A stretch of DNA of 64,000 nucleotides. Origin: Pirellulales bacterium (GTDB lineage: Bacteria; Planctomycetota; Planctomycetia; Pirellulales; PALSA-1355). The notes beneath the pieces were generated by a model that did not search any database, was not told the origin of the DNA, and worked only from the letters and a program-made list of their open reading frames with translations. The stretch covers positions 32,001 through 96,000 of the forward strand of contig CAVTBU010000010.1 in assembly GCA_963733035.1 (NCBI GenBank), read 5' to 3'. The position numbers and the translations under genes are program-made. Below, one piece after another: positions 1 through 14,018 of the stretch (position 1 is its first letter; each line of letters starts with the position of its first letter).

Positions 1-564
1 CACGACTCGCTCAACCATCTCCGGCGGATAGGGGCGCATGCTCACGACCAGGTTGCCCGCGAATCGGCCGGCCGGCTGGCAGCGAAGCTGCGTACGGTAC
101 ATCGGCACGTTGCGCCGCTCGGCAAGGTGCCGCACGGGCAGACCTTCGCGCTCCAGTGCATTCTCGAAGGTAAACGAGCAGCCGAGCAAAAAGGCCACCA
201 GATCGTCGCGCCACAGCGAGCGGATGTCGGTGAGTTCCTGCGGATCGAGAATCCCCTGGCGGAATACGCGGTAGCGCGGCACGTCGGTGCGCAAGTCGGC
301 GCCGGGCGCGGTTATGTGGGGCTCGGGGTCACCGGCGGCCGTTTGTTCGAGTAGCGGGCAAGGGCGGTCGTTCGAGCGGCAAAACTCCGCGAATTCCGTC
401 GCCGCCTCGGCCGGCAAGATGACGAGGTTGGCCTGCACATAGCCCCGCGCCAGTCCGGCGGTCGGACCGGTCCACGTTCCGGCCCGAATGGCTGCGCGCA
501 ACTGCGCTGCGTTCGCGTCGACCAGCTGGCTGCCGGCTAGTTGTGTTTGGGTGTCGGGTGACAT
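1..564 (-). CDS. Putative hydro-lyase, DUF1445/YcsI (D-glutamate cyclase family); 3' end runs off the window
   Basis: Not in the ORF track. Hand translation from ATG 564: MSPDTQTQ...LRAAIRAGTWTGPTAGLARGYVQANLVILP...FCRSNDRPCPLL...DLRTDVPRYRVF...DLVAFLLGCSFTFE...RNVPMYRT...GNLVVSMRP, the characteristic family motifs. Overlaps the end of the upstream ligase gene. Confidence 0.88.
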   Translation of the reverse strand, partial: MSPDTQTQLAGSQLVDANAAQLRAAIRAGTWTGPTAGLARGYVQANLVILPAEAATEFAEFCRSNDRPCPLLEQTAAGDPEPHITAPGADLRTDVPRYRVFRQGILDPQELTDIRSLWRDDLVAFLLGCSFTFENALEREGLPVRHLAERRNVPMYRTQLRCQPAGRFAGNLVVSMRPYPPEMVERVV

Positions 565-1852
565 CGCTCGTCGATGAATCGTTTACCTTTGCCCTCAACC
601 CGTGGCAATGTGCCGAGCGGCACCGCCAGGACTTCGACCTTGAGCCCCAACCGCAGGTGAAGTTCCGTGGCAACCCGATCGGGCTGGCTCAGGCGATCTT
701 CGATCTCCACGACCAGGTGATCCATTTCGCCGAGTTTGCGGGCGGTCATGCGATATTCGATTAACTCGGGAAAGCTCCGCAGAATCTGCTCGACCGAGCT
801 AGGGAAAACGTTGACGCCGCGAATGACCATCATGTCATCCGCGCGCGACAGTACTCCGCCGGGCAGGTAGACGAAGCGATTGTCGCCGCCGTGTTGCCAA
901 CTGGGGCGCACCAGGTCGCCGGTTCGATAGCGAATAATGGGGCTGCCGGCTCGGCCAAGGTTCGTGAGCACGAGTTCGGACAACTCGCCTTCGGCGGCGC
1001 CGGTGCCGGTTTCGACATTGAGGAACTCGGCGATGAAGTCGTGTTCGTTGACGTAAACTCCACCGCCTTGCCAGTCGCCGTAGCCCCAGGGGCCGACTTC
1101 GGTGGCGCCGCTGTGATCGAGCACGCGGGCTTGCCAGGCTTGTTCGATACGAGCACGAGTGGCGGGCACCGAACCGCCGGGCTCGCCGGCCAGGATGAGC
1201 GTGCGAACGTCCAGTTCGCCAACGTTGATTTGATGCTCGGCGCCCACCTCGGCCAGGTGCAGGGCGTAACTGGGCGTGCAGAAGACGGCGTTGGCTCCCG
1301 TGGTCCGCATCAGTTCAAGCCGGGCGAGCGTCGTCAAACCGCCGCCCGGCACGGCCAGGCAGCCCCGCGGCAGGCGGCATCGAAGGCGCTCCAGAAGCCG
1401 ACGAACGGTCCGAACGAAAACGCCATGAAGACGCAATCGCCGGGGTTGATTTCGGCGGCGTCCATGACGAACTGCCAACAATTGAGCCACCAGTCCCAAT
1501 CTTCGGCCGTGTCGAGCACGACCAGCGGCCGGCCGCGCGTGCCCGAGGTTTGATGAAAGCGAATGTACTTCTCGCGCGGATACGTCAGGTTCGCGGCGAG
1601 CTGATTGGGGCCCGAAGAAAGCAACTCTTCCTTGAACGTGAAGGGTAGCTCGACCAGTTGGTCGAGCGAACGGAGCGGACCGTCGGGGTGCGAAAGCGCA
1701 TCGGCGGGCAGCGCCAACTTTTCCGCGTAAAAGCGATTGTGCGGCAGAATCGTCTTCAGCAGCCCGTTGAGACGCCGCAACTGATGCACAGCGAGCTGCT
1801 TGGCACCCAGGGCCTCAAATTGGCGGCGTTGTTCGAAAGTGGTGGAAATCAT
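537..1852 (-). CDS. Phenylacetate-CoA ligase-like (PaaK family) adenylate-forming enzyme; one frameshift near 1370
   Basis: ORF 1334..1852 gives LPFTFKEEL and HQTSGTRGRP; ORF 537..1499 continues with CTPSYALHL, LAGEPG, DHSGATE, IIRYRTGD, RADDMMVIRGVNVFP. The frames join at about 1365-1373. Confidence 0.85.
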
Positions 1853-1995
1853 CCTTCAAATCATAAAGTTCGGCGCGTCGCTCGGCCAGCGGGCACGCCG
1901 CGCGGGATTTGTCATTTGGCCTGGGGGCCTTCGGCCGCGCTGCTAGAATAGCTCAGGTCGACTTTTTACGCCCCGTTCGAAGTAGAATCCCGCCC

Positions 1996-3297
1996 ATGAC
2001 GGACACACCCCGCAAAGGCTCGCTGCTGGTTATCTTTCTGACGGTCTTCATCGACCTGTTGGGATTTGGCATGGTGATTCCGCTGTTGCCGATCTACGCC
2101 AAGGATTTCGCGGCGCAGATGGACCTGGAAGTGGGGCACGCGCGGGTTGGGGTGGTGATCGCGCTGTTGATGTCGAGCTTTTCGGCAATGCAGTTCTTGT
2201 GCGCGCCGCTGTGGGGGCGGCTTTCCGATCGCATCGGCCGGCGGCCGGTGCTGATGTTCGGGCTGATGAGCTCCGTGGTGTTTTACACGCTGTTCGGCAT
2301 CGCCACGGTGATGAAGAGCCTGCCGCTGCTGTTCGTCTCGCGAATCGGAGCGGGAATTGCCGGGGCGACGATTTCGACCGCGCATGCCTACATTGCCGAC
2401 GTGACCAGCAAGGAAAACCGTGCCAAGGGAATGGCCCTGATCGGCGCCGCCTTTGGACTGGGGTTTACGTTCGGACCGCTGTTCGGTTTTTTTGCCGTGC
2501 CCAGCGGCGAGGGCGATCCGGGACCAGGGCCGGGCTATGCCGCGGCGGGCTTGTCGGCCATTGCCCTGGCGCTGGCGTATTTCAAGCTGCCGGAAAGCTT
2601 GGGGCCCGACAGCCAGGCGGCGCGGCGCCATTGGTTCGAACGCAAGGCACTGGCCGACGCGCTGCGCACACCGGCGATTGGCGTGCTGCTGTTGGCGACG
2701 TTCATTTGCGTGTTCTCGTTTGCCAACCTGGAATCGACGCTCTCGCTGATACTCAAGAACAAGGATACCGGCTACGAGTTTTCGTTTCGGCAGATCTGCC
2801 TGATCTATGCCTACATCGGCATCGTGTTGGCTTTCGTGCAAGGTGGCATCGTGCGTCCGCTGTCGACGCGCGTGAGCGAACCGGTGTTAGCGGGTTCGGG
2901 CACGCTGGTCGAAATCGGCGGGTTCCTGCTGCTCGCCTATTCGACGACGCAGGCCTCGCTCACGCTGCTGTTGGTGGGCTTGGGAATTGTGGTGAGCGGT
3001 TTCGCGTTCATGACTCCGTCGCTCAATGCGATGCTCTCGCGGTGGACCGACCCGGCCAAGCAGGGCGGAATTCTGGGCATCGGCCAAAGCATTTCGTCGC
3101 TGGCGCGCATCATGGGGCCGATGGCCGGCGTGCCGCTGGTTGAAAACCAGCTTTTGGCCGAGCGGCTGGGCGTGAAAGCCGCGGTGATGCCGCTAATGTT
3201 GGCCGGCACGATGATGGCGGTGGGATTGCTGCTGATCGTGCTCGCCGCGGTGCGCGGACGCGACTACGAACAGCCGGCCGCCGAACCGGCGGCTTAG
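1996..3297 (+). CDS. MFS transporter (TetA/DHA1-like)
   Basis: FLTVFIDLLGFGMVIPLLP, motif A GRLSDRIGRRPV, AYIADVT...RAKGMALIGAAFGLGFTFGP; about 12 hydrophobic segments. Start taken at ATG 1996. Confidence 0.9.
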   Translation: MTDTPRKGSLLVIFLTVFIDLLGFGMVIPLLPIYAKDFAAQMDLEVGHARVGVVIALLMSSFSAMQFLCAPLWGRLSDRIGRRPVLMFGLMSSVVFYTLFGIATVMKSLPLLFVSRIGAGIAGATISTAHAYIADVTSKENRAKGMALIGAAFGLGFTFGPLFGFFAVPSGEGDPGPGPGYAAAGLSAIALALAYFKLPESLGPDSQAARRHWFERKALADALRTPAIGVLLLATFICVFSFANLESTLSLILKNKDTGYEFSFRQICLIYAYIGIVLAFVQGGIVRPLSTRVSEPVLAGSGTLVEIGGFLLLAYSTTQASLTLLLVGLGIVVSGFAFMTPSLNAMLSRWTDPAKQGGILGIGQSISSLARIMGPMAGVPLVENQLLAERLGVKAAVMPLMLAGTMMAVGLLLIVLAAVRGRDYEQPAAEPAA

Positions 3298-3309
3298 GCC
3301 ATCGCCGGC

Positions 3310-7113
<3,804 letters not shown>

Positions 7114-7179
7114 GCGCGCTTTCGCGATGTTGCGGGAAAGAATTGGTTTGTCATTCCCATGCCGCGAGGCTCCCTTCGC

Positions 7180-7968
7180 TCAGCCGGCTGGAACCTCGAC
7201 CGGCAGGACGCCTCGCAGATCGTGCGGCAGGCTACTGTGCACGCAGATCATGTTGATCGAGGCCGTATTGGGAAACACGTTTTCCGCGTTACGCAGGAAA
7301 TTGTTCGGATTGTAATACGCGGGACGATGCCAATACATCTTGTAGTCGAGCGAGTGCAGATGACGCACCAGCGCCGCGGCGCGCTCCTGGCGATCGTTTT
7401 CGATGTAGATGACGGGACGAAAACGACCGATGAGCTTGCTGGCGCCTTGCAGAACCGCGAGTTCCATCCCCTCGACGTCGACTTTAAGAAAATGGCAACC
7501 CGGGAAATTGAAATCGTCGAGCGTCGAGACCGGCACGCGTTCGCCCGACTGGTAGCTGCCGAGGGCCAATCCGCCGAAGTTATTGTCTTTCGTATAGTCG
7601 AGCGAAGGCACGAACACCGCACCCGCCTCGGCGCCCAACGCCTGCTGGAAGGCATAGACGTTGGGCACGCTGTTCAACGCCAGATTGGCACATAGCGTTT
7701 GAAACAGAATTCGCTGGGGCTCGAAGGCAATCACGACGCCGCTACGGGTCACCAGCCTGGCGAGCGTGAGCGTGTGCGCGCCCATGTTGGCTCCGGCTTC
7801 GATGACGATGCTGCCTGGCTGGAGGGTCTGGCGAAAGAGATCCACCTCGCCTTCGGAGTATTCGCCGTACAGGTCGAGCGAACGGCCAATATAGGTGTCG
7901 TGCACGTTGTACAGCATCTGGCCATAGCGGCAGGCCTTCTGATGATTGAATACCTGGAATTGTTCCAC
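7180..7968 (-). CDS. FkbM-family SAM-dependent methyltransferase
   Basis: D.YIGRSL..YGEYS, IEAGANMGAHT, AFEPQ, FLKVDVEGME..VLQGA; GTG start with GGGGGAG RBS. Confidence 0.9.
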   Translation of the reverse strand: MEQFQVFNHQKACRYGQMLYNVHDTYIGRSLDLYGEYSEGEVDLFRQTLQPGSIVIEAGANMGAHTLTLARLVTRSGVVIAFEPQRILFQTLCANLALNSVPNVYAFQQALGAEAGAVFVPSLDYTKDNNFGGLALGSYQSGERVPVSTLDDFNFPGCHFLKVDVEGMELAVLQGASKLIGRFRPVIYIENDRQERAAALVRHLHSLDYKMYWHRPAYYNPNNFLRNAENVFPNTASINMICVHSSLPHDLRGVLPVEVPAG

Positions 7969-8163
7969 GTCGTGGCGTCTCCCCCTGTCTAGAGAACTGG
8001 CAGCGATTCAGCACCATCCGGGTAAAGCGTGTATTTTAACGGGCCGTTCGAAAATGTCTGCCGCGCATTTTTTATCTTGCCGGGCACGAGCGTTCGTGGT
8101 TGGCCGGGCGCCATTCTATCATTGCGCCGATGCAATCGCGCGTCCCAACGATAAATAGGGTTG

Positions 8164-10353
8164 TTAACCACCCGCGGTTCGTTTTTGCGAGAGAGCGGCC
8201 AGCTCAGTTTGCATGCGCGCGAATGCGTCGGACCAGTCGCCGGCAGTCGTTTGTCGAAACAGACGCATCGTTGGATACCAAGGGCAATCGTCGCGGTCGA
8301 GCATCCATCGCCACTCGGGAACTTTGGCCAGCGCGAGCCAGACTGGAATGCCCAAGCCGCCGGCCAGGTGGGCGGCCGCGGTATCCGAGGTGACGACCAG
8401 ATCCAGGCTGCTCATCACGGCGGCGGTGTCCATGAATGCGCCGGACGCTGTATCGAACTCCCCGCCCAATTCGATGGGGTCGAATTGAGAAGCGACTTCG
8501 GCCAACTGCTCGGTTCCGTGTCCCTTTTGCAAGCTGACGAGCGTTACGCCCTTGACGTCGGCTAGCGGCGCGAATTGGGCCAGCGGGATCGAGCGAAAGT
8601 GATCGAAGGCATAATCGGGGTTTCCCTGCCAGTTGATGCCGACCTTGATTCCCGGCAACTTGCGGAGCGCGCCGCGCCATTGTTTGATCAACCGCGGATC
8701 GGCGGCCAGATAAGGCACGTCGGCCGGAAGATTCTCGAGCGTGGTTCCCAAAACCAGCGGCAGGCTCAAGAGGGGAACCTCCAGATCGAACCGCGGCAGC
8801 GGCGAGCCACCGGGAATGACGCCCGTGATGCCGGAGGCTTTGAGCAGCGGCACCAGTGCCGGCTGCACCTCGACGAACACCGAGCCGCCCAGCCGCTGCA
8901 CGTGCTTGATGTAGCGAATGAAATGCAACGTGTCGCCGAGTCCTTGTTCGGCGTGAACGAGCATGGTGTGCCCTTCCAGCGACGAACCGTTCCAGCGGGG
9001 CACGTTGAATCGGCGTCCCTTGTAATCCTTGCACTTGAGCCGCCACTCGTAGTCCTGCCAACCGGCCGCCAAATCGCCGCGCGACAGATACACGAACGAG
9101 CGGTTGTAGTGAGCCTCGGCGTAATCGGGGTCCTGGCGAATTGCTTCGCCGTAGGCCGCCAGAGCGTCCGTGTCGCGCCCCTTGGTGTGCAGTGCGGCGC
9201 CGAGGCAATAGTGGGCCCGCGGAATGTTCGGATCGGTGGCAATCGAACGCTCGTAGGCCGCGATCGCTTCGTCCACGTGTCCCTGCATTTGCAGCGCCGA
9301 GCCGACGTTCAACTGCGCTTCGGCCGATTTCGGCTCGAGTTCCAACGCTTTGCGATAGCAGGCCAGCGCCTCGTCGAAACGCTTCTGGTCTTGATAGACC
9401 GTGCCCAGATTGTTGTAGGCCTCGGCGAAGTCGGGTTGGGCCTCGATCGCGCGGCGAAACAGATCGGCCGCCCCATCGTAGTCCTTGCGGTCGTGCAGCA
9501 CCGAGCCCAGATTGCTGAGTGCCGCGGCCAAATTGGGTGACTCGTGCAGCGCCAAGCGAAAGCACTGCTCGGCCTGATCGAGCCGGTTCATCGCCCGAAA
9601 CACGCAGCCAAGATTGTTCTGGGCCTCGACGTGCCGCGGGTTGCGAACCACGGCGGCTTGCAGTTCCGTGGCGGCCTCTTCCAGGCGTCCTTCGGAGTTG
9701 AACAACGAGCCGAGCCAATAGTGTGCGTCGACGCTCTCGGGATCGATTTGCAATGCCAGTCGATAGGTCGATTCGGCGGCCGTGCGTTTGTCGAGCCGCA
9801 GTTGAATGTTGGCCAATGCCATGGCCGCGCGCAGGTAGTCGGGCCGGCCGGCGAGTGCCGTGGCGTAGCAACGTTCGGCCTCGACGAATTGGCCTTCGTC
9901 GCGGAGCAAGTTACCGAGGTTGAATTGAGCTTCGACGAATTTCGGTGCCAACGCGATGGCCCGCCGGTAACTTTCGATGGCGTCGGACTTCTGACCGCGC
10001 AGGGCCAGCAGCGCCGCGAGGTTGTAGTGTGTCTGCGGATCGTTGGCGGCGAGTTGACATGCCTGGCGAAAACAGCGCTCGGCATCGTCCAGCTTGTCGA
10101 GCGCGGCGTAGGCCGCTCCCTGGTGATTCAGGTACGTGGAGTTGGGGCCGCTGATGGCCAAGGCCCGCGAGATGTGTTCGATCGCCTCGGCATGCCGTCC
10201 CGCCTGGTGCGCGGCCACTCCCATCAGGTGCCAGGCATCGGCATGGTTGGGTTCGTGCTCGATGATCTGGCGATAAATCTGTTCGGCCTGCGCAAGTTCG
10301 CCCCGTTGGTGGTGCGTGAAGGCAATCGACAGGGCTTCGGGGATCGTGGGCAC
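8164..10353 (-). CDS. TPR-repeat protein with C-terminal GT-B (GT9-like) glycosyltransferase domain
   Basis: Roughly a dozen TPR units (AWHLMG, HYNLA, QFNLG, QNNLG, YNNLG...), then AEQGLGDTLHF, LLSLP, WQGNP, SLQKG, LDLVVTSDTAAAHLAGGLG, WYPTMRLFRQ. Confidence 0.9.
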   Translation of the reverse strand: MPTIPEALSIAFTHHQRGELAQAEQIYRQIIEHEPNHADAWHLMGVAAHQAGRHAEAIEHISRALAISGPNSTYLNHQGAAYAALDKLDDAERCFRQACQLAANDPQTHYNLAALLALRGQKSDAIESYRRAIALAPKFVEAQFNLGNLLRDEGQFVEAERCYATALAGRPDYLRAAMALANIQLRLDKRTAAESTYRLALQIDPESVDAHYWLGSLFNSEGRLEEAATELQAAVVRNPRHVEAQNNLGCVFRAMNRLDQAEQCFRLALHESPNLAAALSNLGSVLHDRKDYDGAADLFRRAIEAQPDFAEAYNNLGTVYQDQKRFDEALACYRKALELEPKSAEAQLNVGSALQMQGHVDEAIAAYERSIATDPNIPRAHYCLGAALHTKGRDTDALAAYGEAIRQDPDYAEAHYNRSFVYLSRGDLAAGWQDYEWRLKCKDYKGRRFNVPRWNGSSLEGHTMLVHAEQGLGDTLHFIRYIKHVQRLGGSVFVEVQPALVPLLKASGITGVIPGGSPLPRFDLEVPLLSLPLVLGTTLENLPADVPYLAADPRLIKQWRGALRKLPGIKVGINWQGNPDYAFDHFRSIPLAQFAPLADVKGVTLVSLQKGHGTEQLAEVASQFDPIELGGEFDTASGAFMDTAAVMSSLDLVVTSDTAAAHLAGGLGIPVWLALAKVPEWRWMLDRDDCPWYPTMRLFRQTTAGDWSDAFARMQTELAALSQKRTAGG

Positions 10354-10757
10354 GGGTTCGTCCTGAAAGGCGCTCGCTCGTTGTCGTAACTCGTGGGCCG
10401 AGGGGGTAAATATTGCGGTGCGGTGCCCGGGGGGTGAAGACCACGGGCCGAGCGATGCCGATGGAATCGGCGTTTCCGCTCCGTTTCGCTACCTAAATTT
10501 ACGACGCGAATTCCCGCTCGGAGCGTCGAAATCTGCTGAATTCCCGGGCATTTTTGAGAGTCAGCCGGTGGACGGCCGGGCACGTTGGCAAGCGGGGCAA
10601 GTAAGGCGAGCGGGAGCAGCCAATTGTGCCACTCACATCAGAAACGAGTTCACTGCCATGGCAGAGACTATCGGCCTGTGGGACGGCGCAGCGACATCGG
10701 CGGCGAAATCGCAATCGACAGCTCGTGGGTTGGATTGTCATCGCGAAGTGACGGCGG

Positions 10758-12050
10758 TCATTGCTTGCCGACGGCGACCAATTGCGATTGGCTCCGCAAG
10801 AACATGCGGCCGTCGGCCACGGCGGGTGTCGAGCGGCTCGTTTCGCCGAGCGGACTGCGTCCGAGAATTTCGAACTCCTTGGAAGCGGCGATGGCGACGC
10901 ACTCTCCTTCAGCGGAAAGACAATAGATGACGTTGCCAACCCTCACGGGCGAACCGAAATAGTCGCCGCCCACGCGCTTTCGCCACAAGATCTCTCCGTT
11001 GTCGCCGTTCATGCAGCTGACCACACCGCGGTCGCCCCACAGGAACACGAGGTTGCCCTTGGCCACCAGCGAGGGCACGTAAGGCGCGCTGGTGCGGTCG
11101 ACCTGATACTCCACCTTGGGGGTGCTGCCCTCGGCGTAGGGCTTGATGGCGACCAGGTTATTGTTTCCGCCCCCCTGGCCGCAGGTCGCCAATACCAGAC
11201 CGTCGACGACAATCGGCGAGCTGACGGGGCGCCGGGTTAGCACGTCTGGCTCTTCCCAGCGGACCTGGCCGGTCAATGGATCGAGGCCCGTTACGCCATG
11301 TGCCCGGCTGCATAGAATCAACTCGGCCGGGCGTCCGGGCGGACGGTAGATGCAGGGCGTGGCATAGCAAGTGTTTTGCTCGGCGAGATGCTGGCGATCG
11401 ATTTTCCATTTCGTCGCACCACTTGTGCGGTCGACCGCCACGACAAAACTGTCGGCGTCCTGATCGTTGGCGATGATGACCAACTCACCGAACAAAATGG
11501 GCGACGTTCCGAATCCGTGCTGGCTGGCAAATGGGCCCAGATCCGCTTTCCAGACGGGCTCGCCGTCGTGCGTCAGTGCGAGAAGCGTGAATTCATCAGG
11601 CGTGCTCCAAGCGCAGTACACGCGATCTTCGTCCACGCAGGGTGTGCTCGAGGCCAAGGTATTGAGCTGGTGAATCGGGTGGACCTGCGATGGATACTCG
11701 CGCTGCCAGAGGACTTTGCCGTTCGTAGCCGACAAGCAAAGGACGTAGCGCGTGCCATTCTTGGGGTCGGCGCTGAGCAAAAAGATTCGCTCGCCCCACA
11801 GCACGGGCGACGAATTGCCCGCGCCCGGCAGTGTGGCCTTCCACAATTCCTCGCCGTCGCTCCAGGAGACCGGGATGGCGTTGGCTTCGCTTTCTCCGGT
11901 GCCGTTGGGTCCGCGGAAACGCGTCCACTGCTGGGCCGCGGCGTGGTTGGCCAAAACAAGGAACAAGACGAAGGTCACGATGCTTGGGAGCCTGTGCTTG
12001 ATCATGTCGCTTGGTTTCTTTCGCTGTCCGCAGTGCTGTTGAACCGTCAT
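10758..12050 (-). CDS. Secreted PQQ-binding-like (BamB-like) beta-propeller protein; start 12050 or 12005
   Basis: Signal peptide ending AAA-QQ, then WTRFRGPNGTG, GNSSPV, ASSTP, FGTSP, YATP, VSSP, FGSPV, RSTPA repeats typical of the planctomycete-expanded family. Confidence 0.88.
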   Translation of the reverse strand: MTVQQHCGQRKKPSDMIKHRLPSIVTFVLFLVLANHAAAQQWTRFRGPNGTGESEANAIPVSWSDGEELWKATLPGAGNSSPVLWGERIFLLSADPKNGTRYVLCLSATNGKVLWQREYPSQVHPIHQLNTLASSTPCVDEDRVYCAWSTPDEFTLLALTHDGEPVWKADLGPFASQHGFGTSPILFGELVIIANDQDADSFVVAVDRTSGATKWKIDRQHLAEQNTCYATPCIYRPPGRPAELILCSRAHGVTGLDPLTGQVRWEEPDVLTRRPVSSPIVVDGLVLATCGQGGGNNNLVAIKPYAEGSTPKVEYQVDRTSAPYVPSLVAKGNLVFLWGDRGVVSCMNGDNGEILWRKRVGGDYFGSPVRVGNVIYCLSAEGECVAIAASKEFEILGRSPLGETSRSTPAVADGRMFLRSQSQLVAVGKQ

Positions 12051-13885
12051 GGGGTCGACGTCAGCCCGTATTGCTTGACCTTATAATACAAAGTTGCGCG
12101 GCCGATCCCCAATAGGTTGGCGGCTTCGGGTACGTTGCCGCCGGTGCGGCGGAGGGCCTCGCCAATGAGCCGCTTTTCCCAGTATTTTAGTTGTAGCGAC
12201 TCCAACTCGTCTCCCACGGGCTCGTGCAGGCCGAGGTCGCCGACTTTGATTTCCGCGTCTTCGGCCAGGACGACCGCGCTGTCGAGCACGTTGCGCAGCT
12301 GCCGCACGTTGCCCGGCCAGCTATAGGCCAGAAGCTTTTGTCGGGCTGCCTGCGAGAGCTGCAAATTCGGCCGCCCGTGTTGCCTGCGAAAGTGGTCGAG
12401 AAAGAATTCGACGAGCATCGCGATGTCGGTTCCGCGGGCCCGCAGCGGCGGAGCTTGCAGTTCGAACACGGCCAGTCGGTAGAACAGGTCCTCGCGAAAC
12501 TTTCGCTCGCGGACGTAGGTCTTGAGATCCTGGTTGGTGGCCGCGATCACGCGCACGTCGACGCTCACTTCCTGCTGCGCGCCAACTGGCAGAAACGGAT
12601 GTCCCTCGAGAATGCGCAGCAGCCGCGCCTGGCCCTCGAGTGTCATTTCGCCGACTTCGTCGAGAAACAGCGTGGCCTGATCGGCCTGCTGGAAATAGCC
12701 GACGTGATCGCGATCGGCGCCGGTGAACGACCCTGCCTTGTGACCGAAGAGCTGGCTATCCATCAAGTCGGGCGGAATCGCGGCGCAGTTGACGCAAAGC
12801 ATCGGACGATCCGCCCGAGGACTGGCATGGTGCACGGCCCTGGCGATGAGCTCCTTGCCGGTTCCGCTCTCGCCGGTGATCAGCACGGCTCCGCTGGAGC
12901 GGCCGATACGCACGATCTTGCTTTTCAGTTCGCGCATGGCCGGGCAATCGCCGATGATTTCCCCCTGGTCGGGAAGCTTGGCCACCAGGTTCTGGTAGTC
13001 GGTGCTGATCGTTCGTTCGCGCAGCACGCGAACCAGCGCCACGGTGGTGATGCTGGCGATTGAGATTGAAAAGTCGAAGTCGCTTTGTCGAAAGCGGCCG
13101 TGTTCGAGGTAGACGTGCAGGGCGCCGAGCACCGTGCCTTCGTGCACCAACGGGACGCAGAGCGCGTCGGCATAGTGTTCCAGGCTGTCGGTCGTCGCGC
13201 CGGCACGTTGGTTGGCGATCCAGATGGCTTGCTTCTGCTGACACACCAGCTCGGTCAGCCCCTTGCTCAATTCGGCGTGCGTGGCCGAGTTGTTCGGCAC
13301 GACAAACCGCGGCTTCAAATCGCCCTGGTCGGTGAGCGACAGATAACCGACCACCGTGGCCTTGGTCCACTCGTGGACCAGTTCCAGCGAGCTTTTGACG
13401 ACCTCGTCGGGCGCGTCGCAGCCCAGCAGCTTGATGCTGAATTGGTAGAGCAGCAGAAGCTCCTGCGCGCGGCGGGTGTCGGCCAGCGCCGCCAGCGGCT
13501 GCGGTTCCAGGCTGCCGCCGTGAATGGGAAAGTTCTTGATGACCGTTTCGGTCAGTTCGCCGTCGATTTGCGAGGCCAGCGTCGGAGGTTGATCAGTAAG
13601 GTGGAACTCGAACTCGGTGCTGCCGATGCGCAACGAATGTCCGTCGGCCAGCGTGGCGGTATCAATCTTCTGGTCGTTGACGAACGTGCCGTTGCGGCTT
13701 TCGCAATCGCGCAGCTGCCATACGCCCTGCTGCTGACTCAGGATGGCATGGACCCGCGAACAGAGCGGATCGCTGAGCGTGACGGTGCATTCCGGATCGC
13801 GGCCGATCGGATTCTGATCGGTGGGGTCGAGCAAAAAACTGGTGCCCGCCCGGCTACCGACAGTCATGGTGAGATAAACATACAC
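12047..13885 (-). CDS. Sigma54-dependent transcriptional activator, FHA-GAF-AAA+-Fis HTH
   Basis: FHA: IGRD, CSRVHA, SRNGTFVN. GAF: ALCVPL...LGALHV. AAA+: ITGESGTGKE, LFGHKAGSFTGA, LFLDEVGE, RVIAATN, FREDLFYRL, WPGNVRQL. HTH: AANLLGIGRATLY. Confidence 0.92.
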   Translation of the reverse strand: MYVYLTMTVGSRAGTSFLLDPTDQNPIGRDPECTVTLSDPLCSRVHAILSQQQGVWQLRDCESRNGTFVNDQKIDTATLADGHSLRIGSTEFEFHLTDQPPTLASQIDGELTETVIKNFPIHGGSLEPQPLAALADTRRAQELLLLYQFSIKLLGCDAPDEVVKSSLELVHEWTKATVVGYLSLTDQGDLKPRFVVPNNSATHAELSKGLTELVCQQKQAIWIANQRAGATTDSLEHYADALCVPLVHEGTVLGALHVYLEHGRFRQSDFDFSISIASITTVALVRVLRERTISTDYQNLVAKLPDQGEIIGDCPAMRELKSKIVRIGRSSGAVLITGESGTGKELIARAVHHASPRADRPMLCVNCAAIPPDLMDSQLFGHKAGSFTGADRDHVGYFQQADQATLFLDEVGEMTLEGQARLLRILEGHPFLPVGAQQEVSVDVRVIAATNQDLKTYVRERKFREDLFYRLAVFELQAPPLRARGTDIAMLVEFFLDHFRRQHGRPNLQLSQAARQKLLAYSWPGNVRQLRNVLDSAVVLAEDAEIKVGDLGLHEPVGDELESLQLKYWEKRLIGEALRRTGGNVPEAANLLGIGRATLYYKVKQYGLTSTP

Positions 13886-14018
13886 AGGGAGCGCCGCCTG
13901 GTGGCAAAGCCGCGAAACGCATCACAGACGAGCGCGGATGGTGGCACGCGCCGCGCAATCGACATTAGTATACCAGTCTAGATTGTTGACTCACACCGCG
14001 GGCCTTTACAATTGGCGC

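Noticed and set aside
10354..10757. 400-nt intergenic region as a riboswitch or sigma54/sigma28 promoter
   Set aside because: Only a small GCCGAT-GGA-ATCGGC hairpin; the minus-strand TGGCAC has GC one base off the required spacing, and the sigma28 spacing does not fit.
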